Below, piece after piece: positions 12,313 to 26,070 of a stretch of DNA of 64,000 bases (position 1 is its first letter; each line of letters opens with the position of its first letter). A program made the position numbers and the translations under genes. Source of the DNA: Octopus vulgaris (taxonomy: Eukaryota); the NCBI GenBank assembly GCA_951406725.2, contig OX597831.1, positions 46,500,001 to 46,564,000 of the forward strand, in the 5' to 3' direction. The notes under the pieces are model-generated. The model saw only the letters and a list, made by a program, of their open reading frames with translations, made no database searches and had not been told where the DNA came from.

Positions 12313-12963
12313 ATAATGTTGACAAAATTATCGACGAAGGAGAAATGCTTAAATGGAAACATATAGTTTTGCCCGAATTCCTTCGAACATTCTGTCTCTG
12401 ACTGTGGAAGAGGCTCGGGCTAAAATGGACAATGCGTTCAGAAGCACTGCATTATCTCACTCGAATAATACATTCAGAAACGGTTACAATGAAAGCTAAT
12501 CTACTTCTGTGTCATGAAAAGGAAAGTTTTGACATATGCCTAGGTTAGTATCTTATACATAATAAAGACCAAAGACGACGTTCAATGACGGGCAAATTTT
12601 TTTTGCGAAATTACCGCTCATGAGTTTATGGGGCAGCGTAATTCAAATGTGAGTTAGAGACATAACATGTGATATTGTTCTCTGACTCATTGTCGCCTTT
12701 GTAAAGTACTGGATATGTTATGAGTTCACAAGTAGCCAAAAAAATGATATGCGATCTGTAAAAGTCAGCATGGAAAATGTAGGTTATTTTCTTCTTTTCG
12801 CTGGCCTTTGGGCTGGGTCATCCTAGCTGGAACCTATTCAGTATACAAAATTCCTATTTGCTTTCGATCTTTCAGCAAAATATACTATACAAAGAGTGGT
12901 GGTTACAGAAGTTTAGTTTTTTGAGATTTATGTTTTTGCTCAATGTCGTACGTGTATCATATT

Positions 12964-13176
12964 TGTTGTATCGCACGTTCAACGTACGATATGACGGGAT
13001 AATAAATAACGTCCTCGCAAATCATTCTCCTCAAGATACACAATACTTGTAATTATACTCGACAATACGCAACTCTCGGCTTTACACAGTTCACCGACAC
13101 TCTCACATGTTCTTTTATATTGTGGCACAGTCCATTAGGAGCCAACCAAATAGGGGTGTTCAACTTTCACACAACA
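12964..13176 (-). repeat. 3' LTR of Gypsy element (213 bp)
   Basis: TGTTGT...ACAACA termini; polypurine tract aaaagggggagg immediately upstream on minus (13177-13188); TATAAAAG on minus near 13112-13119. Confidence 0.8.
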
Positions 13177-15495
13177 CCTCCCCCTTTTGAGATTGGTTTT
13201 GTCCTTTTATTTATTCATTTATTTATTCTTTAATTTTTATCAAAATTTTATTTCCTTGGTGAGAAACTGGCTTACTCTTTCTCTTGGCGTTAATTTCCAT
13301 AATTTCTGTATGTTTTCTGTTCCTGTTCGACCTACGTCTCGGTTCTGCTTTCACTTGTGGTTCTGGGACCTCGAACATGTCATACCATATATCCATTGGC
13401 TCATCTCGCCTTTCTTGATTTTTGGTATATATTTTCTTTAATTGATTAAAATGCCTTTTATGTTCATATTTTGGTCCTTTGACCATGTACATCACATTAC
13501 TCAAACATCCTGTTATATTACATTGTTCCCAGTCCTGTTTTCCGTTTTTATACATTTTAAAATACACTTCGTCACTTGTGTTAAAATATGTCGTTCTACA
13601 TCCTGAATTTTGTATTTTCCGTTTCCTATTCAGCAACAATTTGTTAAACACAGAACGAATCTTTCTGGAGAACATCAAATCTTAGGGTGACCTACCCGAC
13701 TCTGTATTTGGATTCAGTGTTATTCTGTACACCTGTAAGAACTTTGTCATATTTCTATCTTCAAAAGGTTCCCGTCTGGTCTTTCTTAAGGCTGTCTTGA
13801 ATATGTCGTCGAATCTTTCCGCTAACCCATTTGAGCTTGGATGGCATGGCGGAGTTAACACATGCTTCATCTGGATTGACTTACAGATTTTAAAAAAATC
13901 CCTCGCCATGAATTGTGTGCCATTATCTGACACGATCGTATCTGATACTCCATAACGAGCAAACAATTCCCCCGAGAAGTCAATAGTCACATTTGTGGTT
14001 GGCCTTGAACATTTACACACTTCAGGCCATTTCGAATCGCTATCCACCACGATGATATAATAAAAGCCATTTATTGATCCTGCAAAATCCACATGCTGTC
14101 TAGACCATGCTGAATCCATTTTTGGCCACAGCTGTATCTGCACTGGGGGTGCCATACCAGTCTCTCAATTTGCTTGTCCGTATTCGGCCAATACACGTAA
14201 CTCCTTATGAGGCTTTTCATCCGGGCAATCACCGGATGTCCTACATGGAAGCCTTTCAATATTCTATTTTGCAGTACTTCAGGTACTACCACCCTTTGTG
14301 ATAATACATCATCACATACTGAATAATGCTTTGAACCTGCGTTCCACTAATTTTTCGTATTATTTCCCAACAGTATTTTTAAATCTTGTTTATGGACATA
14401 TATTTTCCCGATTTTAACTTAATTTCTTTTAGCGTTACAGGCAGATCACATACTACATTGCACAAAATGTTCTTCAGTTCCATTTCTAGTTTTAACGATG
14501 CAAACACCGTGTCTTCAAAAGGTTCTTTATATTTTGGAATTAGCCTAGACAACCCGTCTGCGTGTCCCATTTTCTTTAATGGCAAAAACTTCATCTAAAA
14601 ATCATAGCTGAACAGGGTAGTCCCCCAGCGCTCTAAACGGTTTGCTGAATGCGTGGGGATACCCCTTTTCGAACCGAAAATAGATAGTAACGGTCGGTGA
14701 TCAGTCTGCAGTGTAAACGTCCTATCTTGTAGGAATTTAGGGAATTTCTTTACTGCGAAAATTAATAATAAAGCCTCCTTTTCGATCTTGCTGTAGTTTT
14801 TTCTGCTACTAGGATGACTCTTGATGCATGTGCAATAGCTTCGATTTTACCATAATTAAATTTATGCAATATCACAGCTCCTATACCATATTCACTGGCA
14901 TCCGATGCCACTATTATTTTCAGGTTTGGGTCGAAATGAATTAACGATAACTGAGGTTAACGTCTGTTTTAATTCCTCGAATGCTTTCTGACATTCATTT
15001 GTCCAGTCCCATTCCGTGTCTTTCTTTAACAAATTGTAATGTTTTTTTGTTAGTGGGAGCAGGCATATTTTTTATCGCATCATCCGTTTTTATCGATCAT
15101 CTGTCGCAAGTACTTTATTTTTGTTTAAAAAATCGCATTTATTTACGCTTACTTTAAATCAATAGTCGCTTATTCTTTTAAAAACATTTTTTATATGTTC
15201 AGTATACTGGTCCCTCGATTCACTTTTGATCAATATGTCATCCAAGTATGGGACCGCAAACTTACAGTCTGCTAGTAAAGTGTCCATCACTTGCTGAAAT
15301 ATTACTGGTGTGACATTAACCCCAAATGGCAGTCATAAAACGGTACAGACCTTGATGAGTATTAATTGTTAATAATTTAGCACATTCCTAATCTACACGT
15401 AATTGGAGGCAGGCTTCTGACAAATCCAGCTTGGAAAAACTTTTTGCCACCATTGCACTTAGCAAATATTTCTTCTGGCCTTGGAAGCGGATGTT
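12964..15495 (-). mobile_element. Ty3/Gypsy LTR retrotransposon, 5'-truncated with decayed pol (RT-RNaseH-integrase)
   Basis: LPFGV and YLDD (~15240); DASEYGIGAV, TDHRPL and HADGLSRL; integrase HVGHP, HVDFAG, IVSDNGTQF, SNGLAERF; multiple stops and frameshifts. Confidence 0.95.
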
Positions 15496-15921
15496 TTAAA
15501 AACTGACCCAGTAGGCCGTATACTTTCCAAAATGTTCAATAACGGGTCAATAACACAGACCAAGATTTTGAGCGAAATGAACTATTTCAAGGAGAGTAGA
15601 GAAGCCTCTCTGAGTCTCGTTAGATTGAAACCCTCTTGGAAATAGGAACTTTGAAATAAATTGTTCTTTGAAATATTATTTCAAAAGTTAACCAGAGAAA
15701 GTAATTGACAAAATATGATTAAATTTCTGGAGAGAAGATTACTAACAAAATAAGCTGAAGGATGTGAGTAAAATGGTTGATCAAGTCGGATAAATTAAGA
15801 TCAGGAAGTGGCTTGGAAAAATAAAAGGGAAAATAAATGGATTAAAATAAACGGGAAGAAGAAACGAATGAATTTATTCGACAACTCAATAGCTCACTTC
15901 AGTTCCAGAAACACAGTATAT

Positions 15922-16320
15922 CCTTTTCTACTCTAGGCACAAGGCCCGAAATTTTGGGGGAGAGGGCCAGTCGATTAGATCGACCGCAGTACGTAACTGG
16001 TACTTAATTTACCGACCCCGAAACGATGAAAGGTAAAGTCGACCTCGGCGGAAATTGAACGCAGAACGTAAAGACAGACGAAATACCTATTTCTTTACTC
16101 CCCACAAGGGGCTAAACACAGAGGGGACAAACAAGGACAGACAAACGGATTAAGTCGATTACATCGACCCCAGTGCGTAACTGGTACTTAATTTATCGAC
16201 CCCGAAAGGATGAAAGGCAAAGTCGACCTCGGCGGAATTTGAACTCAGAACGTAACGGCAGACGAAATACGGCTAAGCATTTCGCCCGGCATGCTAACGA
16301 TTCTGCCAGCTCGTCGCCTT
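15922..16320 (-). mobile_element. Dimeric SINE family A with 15 bp TSD
   Basis: Two tandem bodies; TSD agaaacacagtatat at 15907-15921 and 16321-16335. Confidence 0.92.
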
Positions 16321-16649
16321 AGAAACACAGTATATTGCTGGAATTCTCTCGCTACTAACATTACTCTGTGTAGACAATAACCTATATAAATTTAAATTGA
16401 ATACTCAAATACATCGTTTTAACCAGTCAGACACAGTTTGCAAAGAACACAAGCACTGTCTCTCCTCACGAACTAAATAATATGTCTGTAGTATATTTGG
16501 CGAAGAAATATTGGATATGAAAAATGGATTTATCCAAACCACAGAGACCTACAGTGTCACTCCAGAGCCATACAAAGAGATCAGCCCGGAGATATAATTG
16601 CTCTCCATGGCAGAATTCTAGAAGTGATACTTCTTGAAAAAGGAAAGGA

Positions 16650-16840
16650 TTGTCACTATTGAGGTCATGAGATAGAGGAAAATTGAAATCAGTTATTTGG
16701 AAGCTGAATGAAGTGCTTCTCAGAATTCAAAATAAAAGAACCATAGAATTGAATTCTTTGATATATGCCGCTGCATACGTCATTACCGAAAGAATGCGAA
16801 TGTTCCGAGAAAAGAGAGAAAAGAGAAACGAAGAAACAAC
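16650..16840 (+). mobile_element. Probable R4-like retrotransposon N-terminal ORF remnant
   Basis: Translates KLNEVLLRIQ..TIELNSLIYAAAYVITERM, resembling the pre-RT region of R4-clade ORFs. Confidence 0.4.
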
Positions 16841-17611
16841 TTTCTTCTAGATTGTTCTCTATATTATGGCTACATTTCCCAAGGAAGAGTCCAATCTAGC
16901 ATGAAATAAAATCAGAGACATGTTAACCAGTGAAACTGTATTAATTAAACATGCAAATATATACATGTACATTTCCATGAACATATAAACATACTTACAC
17001 AGACTCGTGTATACAAACGTAGTTTAATGAATTATTTCGGTGCACCGGTACGCATGTACTTTTCTATAGACACTAAAGCATGATGTAAATATGTATGTAT
17101 ACCTTAGTTAATACATACGCATCTCAGTATGTGTATAACAGACACTCAAGGCTAATTATAGATTGTATGGGTGCGTAGAGATTTGTAAGTGTTCACAGCA
17201 ACTGTGCATTCAAACATGATCAACTTGAAATGCCTAGCATTTCCATTAATCTAATGTTAGAATAACCGCGTTGGGGGAACGAAGCAGATGAAAGAAGTAA
17301 TTGATGTGTTCATATTATTGCTGTATATTTTCCCAGATAGTTTTAAAACAATAGTGGCCACTGGTCATTTGATAACCTTCAAGAAAAATCTCCTTTTATT
17401 AATGGTCATCGATTAGATGCCATCGATAGCAATCGATATATATGTGCATACGCACACACATGCTCACATAATACTGGTAAAAAAGCTATACATATATACA
17501 CACACATATACATGTACACATACACACGTACACATAAAAACACTAGTATACACATCTAGAAATATTCATACATACATACATACATATATATATATGTATA
17601 TATATGATATA

Positions 17612-18621
17612 CTAGCAGAGATACCCGGCGTTGCCCGGTTACATTCAATTAAAGAATTAGACTTTTCTCTTATATTTTCTGAATGAACTGGAATATCTAT
17701 GTTTCGAATTTCATCAAAATTGCAGATGAGGGTTATTTCCCTCTTTACACACCCTAAAAAAATTGTAATCGTGCCACATGGAAACCAAAAGACGAATGAT
17801 CACTATAAGCAGTCAGTTAACCTACCCTAGTCGTAACCACTCCCAATGTAGGATTCCTCACCATCCAGGTGACAGGCACAGCCGTAAGATGCATTACGAA
17901 TATATAGCAATTGGAAGGGCGTGACCCAACTGAAATCAACATTAACAACTGTGTTATGTGAGGGCTTAGGAGAAATTAAAGTGTCACCTCTGGAGTTTGC
18001 AAATGACCACTATACTGATACGTAACTGGACAGAATGAATTTAAAATCTAAAAATGTCTTTGAATAACCAGTCACTCATCTGGGAAGGCCTTGTAATCAA
18101 TGTTACCATCTGGGGACTATGTGTGACCGAGTGATAATAAAAAGACTGAAAGGAGGTCTGCAATCAAATAACTTTACTCAACACTTTGCAACTGAACCAG
18201 TGGAGACAAAGATGCCTCTCATTTACTTAACAATTTATGCAGCACATTGCAGAAATCACAATGTAAGTGTATGTCAAAGTAAACTCTTACACTGTTGTAC
18301 CATTGAATTAGAAATAATGCCCAACTTTTATGCTCGGGTAACCCTACAGCTTCCAAGAGCACAACTGTATTCGTTTTTGCTTAGATAAAATGACAAAATT
18401 GTGGGTGTTAAGTCCCCATGAAGGGGTCTTTCTAACTTTGTAAGAAGATCAAATTTTATAAATATTACTTCCTTTGTGTCTAATATCTATGGTTAAAATT
18501 TCATCAACAGCAAAAATATATGAATTGTCATGGGGGTTATGGCCCTTATGCTTAGACTATAATTTCCAAATTTCATAAAGATCCATTCAGTACTTTTGAG
18601 TTAAGGCTCCCATTAGTGTTA

Positions 18622-18637
<16 letters not shown>
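17612..18637 (-). mobile_element. Non-autonomous Helitron
   Basis: Minus-strand 5' TC and 3' gcaacgccgggtatctctgCTAG|T; same 3' end as 44400-46420. Confidence 0.8.
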
Positions 18638-18652
<15 letters not shown>

Positions 18653-18749
18653 AGATGCACACACTCACACACACACACAAAGATAAATTGATAGATACAA
18701 CTGAGTGGGCAAACAAAAATATGAGACATAGCCTAGCGCTTTTTTATGT

Positions 18750-18938
18750 TGATAAGCCTAGTACTTATTCTATTAGTTTGTTCTTGTGAAACCAGTAAGT
18801 TTTGTGGATATAAATAAATGAACAGCAGTTGTGAAGCAGTGATGAGGGCGAAACACAGAGACAAAGACACACACACATACACTTACATATATACATCTAT
18901 ATACGATTGATTTGTTTCAGTTCCTGTCTACGAAATCC
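18750..18938 (-). mobile_element. Diverged SINE family B, target of the RTE insertion
   Basis: aagcctagtacttattcta...tttcagttcc-gtctac-aaatcc matches family B on minus. Confidence 0.65.
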
Positions 18939-21236
18939 TTATATATTGTTGTTGGCATCCTTTTTGTCTAGGAGACAATGGAGTTGCGCATAAAATAATT
19001 TAGTCCGGCTTTTTCATTTCATGTCCTAATACATCTCCTGCTATGGCTGTGTAGTTCTATCTTGGACAAACACTCCCTCTGGCAGGTGCCGCAAATGTAG
19101 CGAAGACTTTGCCTGGCTGGTTGTAATGTCATACTTTCTTGTTGACGTCTTTTCTTGTCTTTCCATTTCTCCTCTCCATCTATATCACTCCTTTGTGTTC
19201 CCTCTTTTACGGTACGTCGCCAATCTCCACGGTTGCTGGCAACTGCTTCCCAGTTGGAAATATTGATGTTGCAGGCATTCATGTCCCTTTTGCAAACATC
19301 CTTGTATCGTAAGAACGGTCTTCCCACAGACCTAGTGCCCCTAGCAAGCTCTCCGTTGAGTATGTCCTTGGGGATTCTGCCATCTTCCATACGGCTAACA
19401 TGTCCAAGCCATCTCATACGTCTTTGTGTGAGGAGTGTAAACATGCTCGGTATTCCTGCTTGCTTGAGGACATCTTTGTTGGGGACATGATTCTGCCATT
19501 TGATGCGAAGGATTTTCCGGAGGCAAATAGCATCTCCTTGATCAGGACGCTTCTGATTTTGGTCTTGGCACGCAGACGCGAGAGATTGAACAGTTTCCCA
19601 TCACTTCTACTGTGCAGAAACACTCCATCATTTGATGTCACAAAGGCATGTGACAGCAGCAGCGAGAAGAAGATGCCAAATAATGTAGGAGCAAGGACAT
19701 AACCTTGCTTTACCCCATTTTTCATTTGGAAGGTGGCTGATGTTGAACTATTGTGCTGTATGGTGCCTTGCATATCATCATGGAAAGATTCGATGATCTT
19801 CAGCTTTGGTGGACATCCGAGTTTTTGGAGCAGGATGAAGAGGCCTTTTCTACTTACCAAGTCAAAGGCCTTTGTCAGATCAATGAAGGCCATATATAAT
19901 GGCATTTTCTGCTCTCTGGACTTCTGAAGTTGGCGTATGGAGAATATCATGTCAATAGTTGATCTGTTTCTTCTAAAGCCACACTGCGATTCTGGATAAA
20001 TTCGAGAAGCAAGCAGTTGCAGCCTGGACAGGATAATGCGAGCAGAGGCATTTCCAACAGTGCTTAGAAGAGATAGTGCACGGTAATTGTTACAATCACC
20101 AGGGTTACCTTTGTTTTTGTAAAGCGTAATAATGTTAGCATCCCGCATATCCCGAGGGACTCTACCCGCTTCCCAGCATAGACACAGAAGCTCATGAATG
20201 TGCCGAAGCAGGATGGTGTTTTTGCCGGTTTTGATGATCTCTAAGGGGATGCCGTCTTTTCCCGGAGCCTTGTTACTTGCTAGGGAGTCAATAGCCTTGG
20301 TGAGCTCTGCTATAGATGGCAGACTGTCAAGTTCACACATGACTGGCAAGATCTTGACACCCTCGATTGCAGCCTCAGCTACCATGGTCTCTCGTGAGTA
20401 GAGATCCTGGTAGTACTCCACCCATCTATCCATTTGCTTGCTTTGGTCCTTGATGAGATCCCTAGTAGTTGATTTCAGAGGGGCTGACTTGGTTGCGGAT
20501 GGACCGAGGGCCTTCTTCAAACCGGCATACATCCCACGGGTGTCGCCACTGTCAACAGCTGACTGGATACTCTGACAGATTTCCTGCCAATACCTATTTG
20601 GACAGCGTCTGGCAGTCAGTTGGGTTTTATTTCTTGCCTTTCTGAGTTCTTCGAGTGACTTTATAGAAGAATCACTCTTGTATTACATCAGAGCTGCACG
20701 CTTTGTTTCGATAACTGTTTCCAGCTCTGAGGGCCCAGCAATGAACAAAATCTGGGTTTTGCCTTTCTCTCATGCCGAAAGTATCTACTGATGTGGTATA
20801 CAAAGCTTCCATGATATAATTCCACCTACTTTCAGCAGTGATGGTTGGGCAGCTACTGAGGGAAACTTTGATAGAAACAGCAAAACATTGTCCCAGTGTA
20901 GGGTCGGAGGTTCAGGCAGTGTTAATGCGTGGTCGGCCCATTTTCTTGGAGTGATGGACTTTTTAGGCAGAATCCACACCCTGCTTCTTATTAGTGAATG
21001 ATCTGTGTCACAATCCACGCTGTGGTAACTACGAGTCAGTTGAACAGACTTCAGAAACGGTATTCGTGTAATGATGAGATCCAGCTGATGCCAGTGGTGA
21101 GATCTTGGCTGTCTCCAAGATGCCTTGTGGGATGTCTTGTTGGCAAAAAATGTGTTAGTGATGCACAGGTTATGGTATGGGCAAAATTCAAGTAGTCTCT
21201 GGCCATTGTCATTCATGTTGTCAATACCAAAACACG
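18939..21236 (-). mobile_element. RTE-clade (BovB-like) LINE, 5'-truncated, internally deleted, ~60 bp TSD
   Basis: APE C-terminus (NDNGQRLL, WHQLD, DTDH); RT (PESQCGFR, FIDLTKAFD, GVKQG); C-terminal RWLGHVSRM..RIPK and C2H2-like motif; (CAA)n tail; TSD 18878-18938 / 21237-21301. Confidence 0.95.
19414..20532 (-). pseudogene. RTE reverse transcriptase ORF fragment lacking the catalytic DD
   Basis: 372 aa ORF with RT motifs up to EMLFA, then an out-of-frame fusion to C-terminal sequence. Confidence 0.9.
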
Positions 21237-21300
21237 TACACTTACATATATACATACATATATATACGATCGATTTGTTTCAGTTCCTGTCTACGAAATC

Positions 21301-21364
<64 letters not shown>

Positions 21365-21440
21365 TGCATACACACACATACATTTCAATTTAGGTTTTTA
21401 TTTTTCATGTTTATATTCGTATTTCATTGTTATGTTTATA

Positions 21441-22003
21441 TTGGGTTGTCCGGAAAGTTCGTTCCGATTTTTAAAGGCAAGTAAAGGTCACTAAATACTT
21501 GCCGTTACATTTTTAATGAACCAAATCTGAACCATTTCGTTGCACAATACGTCTCCGTCTTTCCTTTACCTTGAAAATATCCCCTTCCCAGAATTGGGGT
21601 GGTTTCAAGGCAAAGAATTCGTCAAGGTATCTTCTTACGTCATCTAAGGAATTGAAATTTTTACCATTAAGACTTTTCTGCAGAGACCTGAATAAGTGGA
21701 AATCCGAAGGAGCAATATCTGGGGAATAGGGAGGGTGGGGGTAACACATCCCAGCCGAGCTGCAGCAATTTTTGTCTGGTTCCCAAAGCATCAAGTGCCG
21801 AAAATGAACTTTCTCATCTTTTATTTTCAAGGGTTACAGAATTAACACAGGTTATAGGAACATAAACCTTCTTCCACGAAAAGATAGCTTAAACCGAGCT
21901 CTTAATGGTGTAGTCAAATCCTATTTTATGAACTCAAACATGTTCTAAAATAAGTCGAAAGATAAGCTACTATAAATCGGCACGAACTTTCGAGACAACC
22001 CAA
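21441..22003 (-). mobile_element. Mariner deletion derivative with both TIRs and TA TSD
   Basis: TIRs ttgggttgtccggaaagttcgttccgattt / aaatcggcacgaactttcgagacaacccaa; HPPYSPDIAPSDFHLF. Confidence 0.95.
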
Positions 22004-22303
22004 TATTTCTATATTTTTATCATGAAACTCTTAACATAAATATGTGTATATTGGTATGGAATAATACCTCATGTGCTACATCTGAATTTTCTTGTCTGAA
22101 TGTTTTAATACAAATATCCGAAATTTTTATTGTATACTACATCTTATTAATACTTAGCTCATATACGGAGACAAAAATGTTGTACTATATACTGCAGGTT
22201 ATCTCCATTAACATTCTCGTATTATATACATTATATATATATAATATACACACTAGCGAAAATAAATTTTCGTATTATATACATTATATATATATAACAT
22301 ACA

Positions 22304-23023
22304 CACTGGCGAAAATAAATTCAAGACCGATGATAAAAGTTCTATTTCTTACAAAATATTCTGTTACTAGTCCTTTGCCGATCTTTATATTGTCCAGTCT
22401 CCTAGTATAACTTCCACGCTTGCATGCAAGCCGGTTTACTGCACTTTAGTTGCTTGCTGATGTTCGAAAAGGAAACTTTTTGCTGTAATATACGATTTTT
22501 GCTCTCGTGACTGGACTAAGGCTACGTTGTTTTCCCATTATTAATAAATTGTATAATAACATTAAATTATAACTTTATATGGTGCATTTAGGCTCGTTGT
22601 GTGACCACCCATTTTGGCCAAAAAATTGCATACATATTACATGGTCTAATTTTGCCGGTAAATTTGAAACGTTTATATTACGTTCTGAGTTCAAGTTCCG
22701 CCGAGGTCGACTTTGCCTTTCATCCTTTCGGGGTCGATAAATTAAGTACTAGTTACGCACTGGGGTCGATGTAATCGACTTAATCCGTTTGTCTGTCCTC
22801 GTTTGTCCCCTCTATGTTTAGCCCCTTGTGGACAGTAAAAAAATATATATTAATTTAGCATTAGAATTCTTCAAGTTGTATAAAAATTGTTTGCATTATT
22901 CGAAAGAGAAATAAATTTTGCATAAGGTGTAAAAAATATAAATAATTTATATGGTGTTAGTAACAAAATATTTTGTAAGAAATAGAACTTTTATCGTCGG
23001 TCTTAAATATATTTTTGCCGGTG
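22304..23023. mobile_element. Tc1/mariner-type MITE with ~66 bp TIRs, containing a nested SINE
   Basis: cactggcgaaaata...aagaccgatgataaaagttctatttcttacaaaatat is inverted at ~22957-23023. Confidence 0.7.
22678..22845 (+). mobile_element. SINE family A, 5'-truncated
   Basis: gagttcaagttccgccgaggtcgactttgcctttcatcc. Confidence 0.9.
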
Positions 23024-23032
23024 TATATATCT

Positions 23033-23578
23033 CAGGTCATCCCATAAGTTCTGTCCGAATTTTAGATAAAGAATCCAAGTGATCAAATGTTATATTTAAT
23101 TGAAAGTTAATCATCAATGTACTTTCCCTGATTATCTATGACTTACTTCCATCTATTTACAAGCTTTTTAATCCCATCAATGTAAAACTCTTTTGGTTCC
23201 AAAGCGTAGAACTCTGAAATGTCAGGTTCGACCTCCTCCTGGCTTGCGAAAGTTGTGTCCCCCTAATAATTCTGTAAAGTATGAAACAAATGGTATCCTG
23301 AAGGAATAAGGTCGGGAGAATAAGTTGGATGAAGAAATTTTTCCAAACCAACCTCTTCGATCTTCTGCGATGTGATCTTTGCAGTGTGGGGTGCGCATTG
23401 TCCTGATGAAACATCACTTGTTTTCGACTCACTAAAGCGGCTCTTTTTTCCTTCAAAGCTTGGTTCAAACGCTCTAATTGCTGACAGTAGACTTGAGCAT
23501 CGATTGTTGCATTAGGTGGTAACAATATAAAGTGAATTACGCCTTTGCAATAGCACCAGATAGAGTAGAACCTTTTTC
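23033..23578 (-). mobile_element. Mariner transposase 3' fragment with one TIR
   Basis: YCQQLERL, FHQDNAHP and a frameshifted SPDL.PS.YHLF; TIR-like tcaggtcatcccataagttctgtccgaattt. Confidence 0.9.
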
Positions 23579-23579
23579 T

Positions 23580-23662
23580 CATGGTGCCACGCAGTGGGAC
23601 TGAACCCGGAAGCATGTGGTTGGTAAGCAGGCTACTTACCACACAGCCATTCCTACGCCTAT
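23580..23662 (-). mobile_element. SINE family B head
   Basis: Reverse complement of ggaatggctgtgtggtaagtagc...gggttcagtcccactgcgtggcacc. Confidence 0.85.
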
Positions 23663-23769
23663 ACCACGCCTATATGTGAGTGCGTGTATGTGTGGGTGTG
23701 TGTATGTATGTATGTACACACATATATATATATATATGCATGTATAATTGCATGCCTTTATATTTGTAT

Positions 23770-23809
<40 letters not shown>

Positions 23810-24389
23810 GTATATACACATACATATACATATTTATATATAGATAGATATACATATATACATGTGTGTGTATGTGGCATGTGTGTTAGGCGTACCACAT
23901 AGCCATTCCTACGCCTATACCACATAGCCATTCCTACGCCTATACACAGCCACTCCTACGCCTATGTAGGATATATAGAAAAAATAGAAATTTAACTTAA
24001 AACCGAATAATAGTATACTTTAATATATAAGAAAAACTATCAAAGACATTTCCAAAGCATGCTGTTAAGGTGGTCATGATAAAACCATTCTACAAAAATA
24101 ACTGAAATAAAATATCATCTGAGTAGGAGTACATAGAATATATGAAAGCAATAACAATGACTATTTTCTTCATTACGGGTGGATATGTATAAGATATCAA
24201 AAATATGGAATCGAATATAGGGGGTAATTGAATTTGAGGTATATTAATGTATAAGGGAGTACAAGCGGCAACAATAGCTAAATCAATTTGGGTATGTAAA
24301 CGTTTAATGAACCTTTTTTGCTTAAAAAATATACTAAAATAAAGGTTTCAATATCAGGTAATTTTTATAATTCCCTCCCGCTTGTAAAG

Positions 24390-24723
24390 AATTACATCGA
24401 CCCCAATACGCGACTGGAACTTAATTTATCGACCCCGAAAGGATGAAAGGTAAAGTCGACATCGGCGGAATTTGAACTCAGAACGTAGCGGCTGACGAAA
24501 TACCTTATTTCTTTACTACCCACAAGAAGACAAACAAGGACAGAAAAACGGATTAATGTGATTACATCGACCCCAGTGTGTAACTGGTACTTAATTTATC
24601 GGCCCCGAAAGGATGAAAGACAAGGTCGACCTCGGCGGAATTTGAACTCAGGACGTAACGGCAGACGAAATACGGCTACGCATTTCGGCCGGCGTGCTAA
24701 CGTTTCTGCCAGCTCGCCGCCTT
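24390..24723 (-). mobile_element. Dimeric SINE family A, partial
   Basis: Two tandem atcgaccccgaaaggatgaaagg bodies ending ccagctcgccgcctt. Confidence 0.9.
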
Positions 24724-24922
24724 AAGGCAACCAATAATAATGAAGATGTATCTGCAGCGCTGTGTTCAAACAGAGATTATTATAAACAAAGAAGAAAAAA
24801 AGAATTCATTTCTTACATGGAAGTTACCTTATCTAGAGAAATCTAGTTGTGTTGTATAAAATCGAATATAGCTTCATTAAGAATAATTCAAAGTTACTCT
24901 TCAACAAAGCCAATGCTAGCTG

Positions 24923-24976
<54 letters not shown>

Positions 24977-25182
24977 CAATAAGAAAATGAAGGGGATCAA
25001 TAGTTGGTATTCATCAACTTTTAGACATTATATTATGTCAATTTATTTATTTATTTACTAAAATGACAATTACAACAATATACATACATGTATAACATAT
25101 TCATGCTTTACATATATATAATATAATGATTGGATAGATATTATCCCTTAGTTGGTTGGATTCACAACCTCTAACTTCCTTG

Positions 25183-25257
<75 letters not shown>

Positions 25258-25615
25258 TACACATATATATATGTATATCTATATACATACATATATATAT
25301 ATGTATATCTATATCTATATGCATATATACACATAAATATATAATATATACATACATATATGTGAGTGCGGGTATGTGTGGGTGTGTGTATGTATGTATG
25401 TGCATATATATATATATATGCATGTATGATTGTATGCCTTTATATGTGTATGTATATCTATATATATGTATATATATAGATATATGTATATACACATACA
25501 TATACATATTTATATATAGATAGATATACATATATACATGTGTGTGTATGTGGCATGTGTGTTAAGCGTACATATGTACGTATATTTATACATTATGTAT
25601 ATATATTCATGTACG

Positions 25616-25657
<42 letters not shown>

Positions 25658-25671
25658 TATATAAACACACA

Positions 25672-25707
<36 letters not shown>

Positions 25708-25982
25708 TATATACTTAGATCATTGTGCGTGAACGTGTACGTGGTTGTAGATGTTCCCCTTACAAGTGATGCTATACTCAATCAGAGACACATCGCCCAG
25801 GTTTAGAAGCCACCATCAATTCAGCTGTACGTTACAAAGATGGCATGCACTTACGAGACCCGTACTTTACTCAATAGTTACTGTTTCAAATATCGATTTA
25901 TCGATAACATGATCTTTAAAAAAGAAGTTCATGTGATAGCATCAGACAAACAGCAGCACCATTGCAAACAAACTACTACAAG

Positions 25983-25985
<3 letters not shown>

Positions 25986-26058
<73 letters not shown>

Positions 26059-26070
26059 GCTATTATTATT
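25986..26070. repeat. (TTA)n microsatellite
   Basis: Direct inspection. Confidence 0.95.

Noticed and set aside
11991-12401. PolyA/polyS/polyQ-like ORFs
   Set aside because: Trinucleotide repeat with no flanking protein homology or clear splice structure
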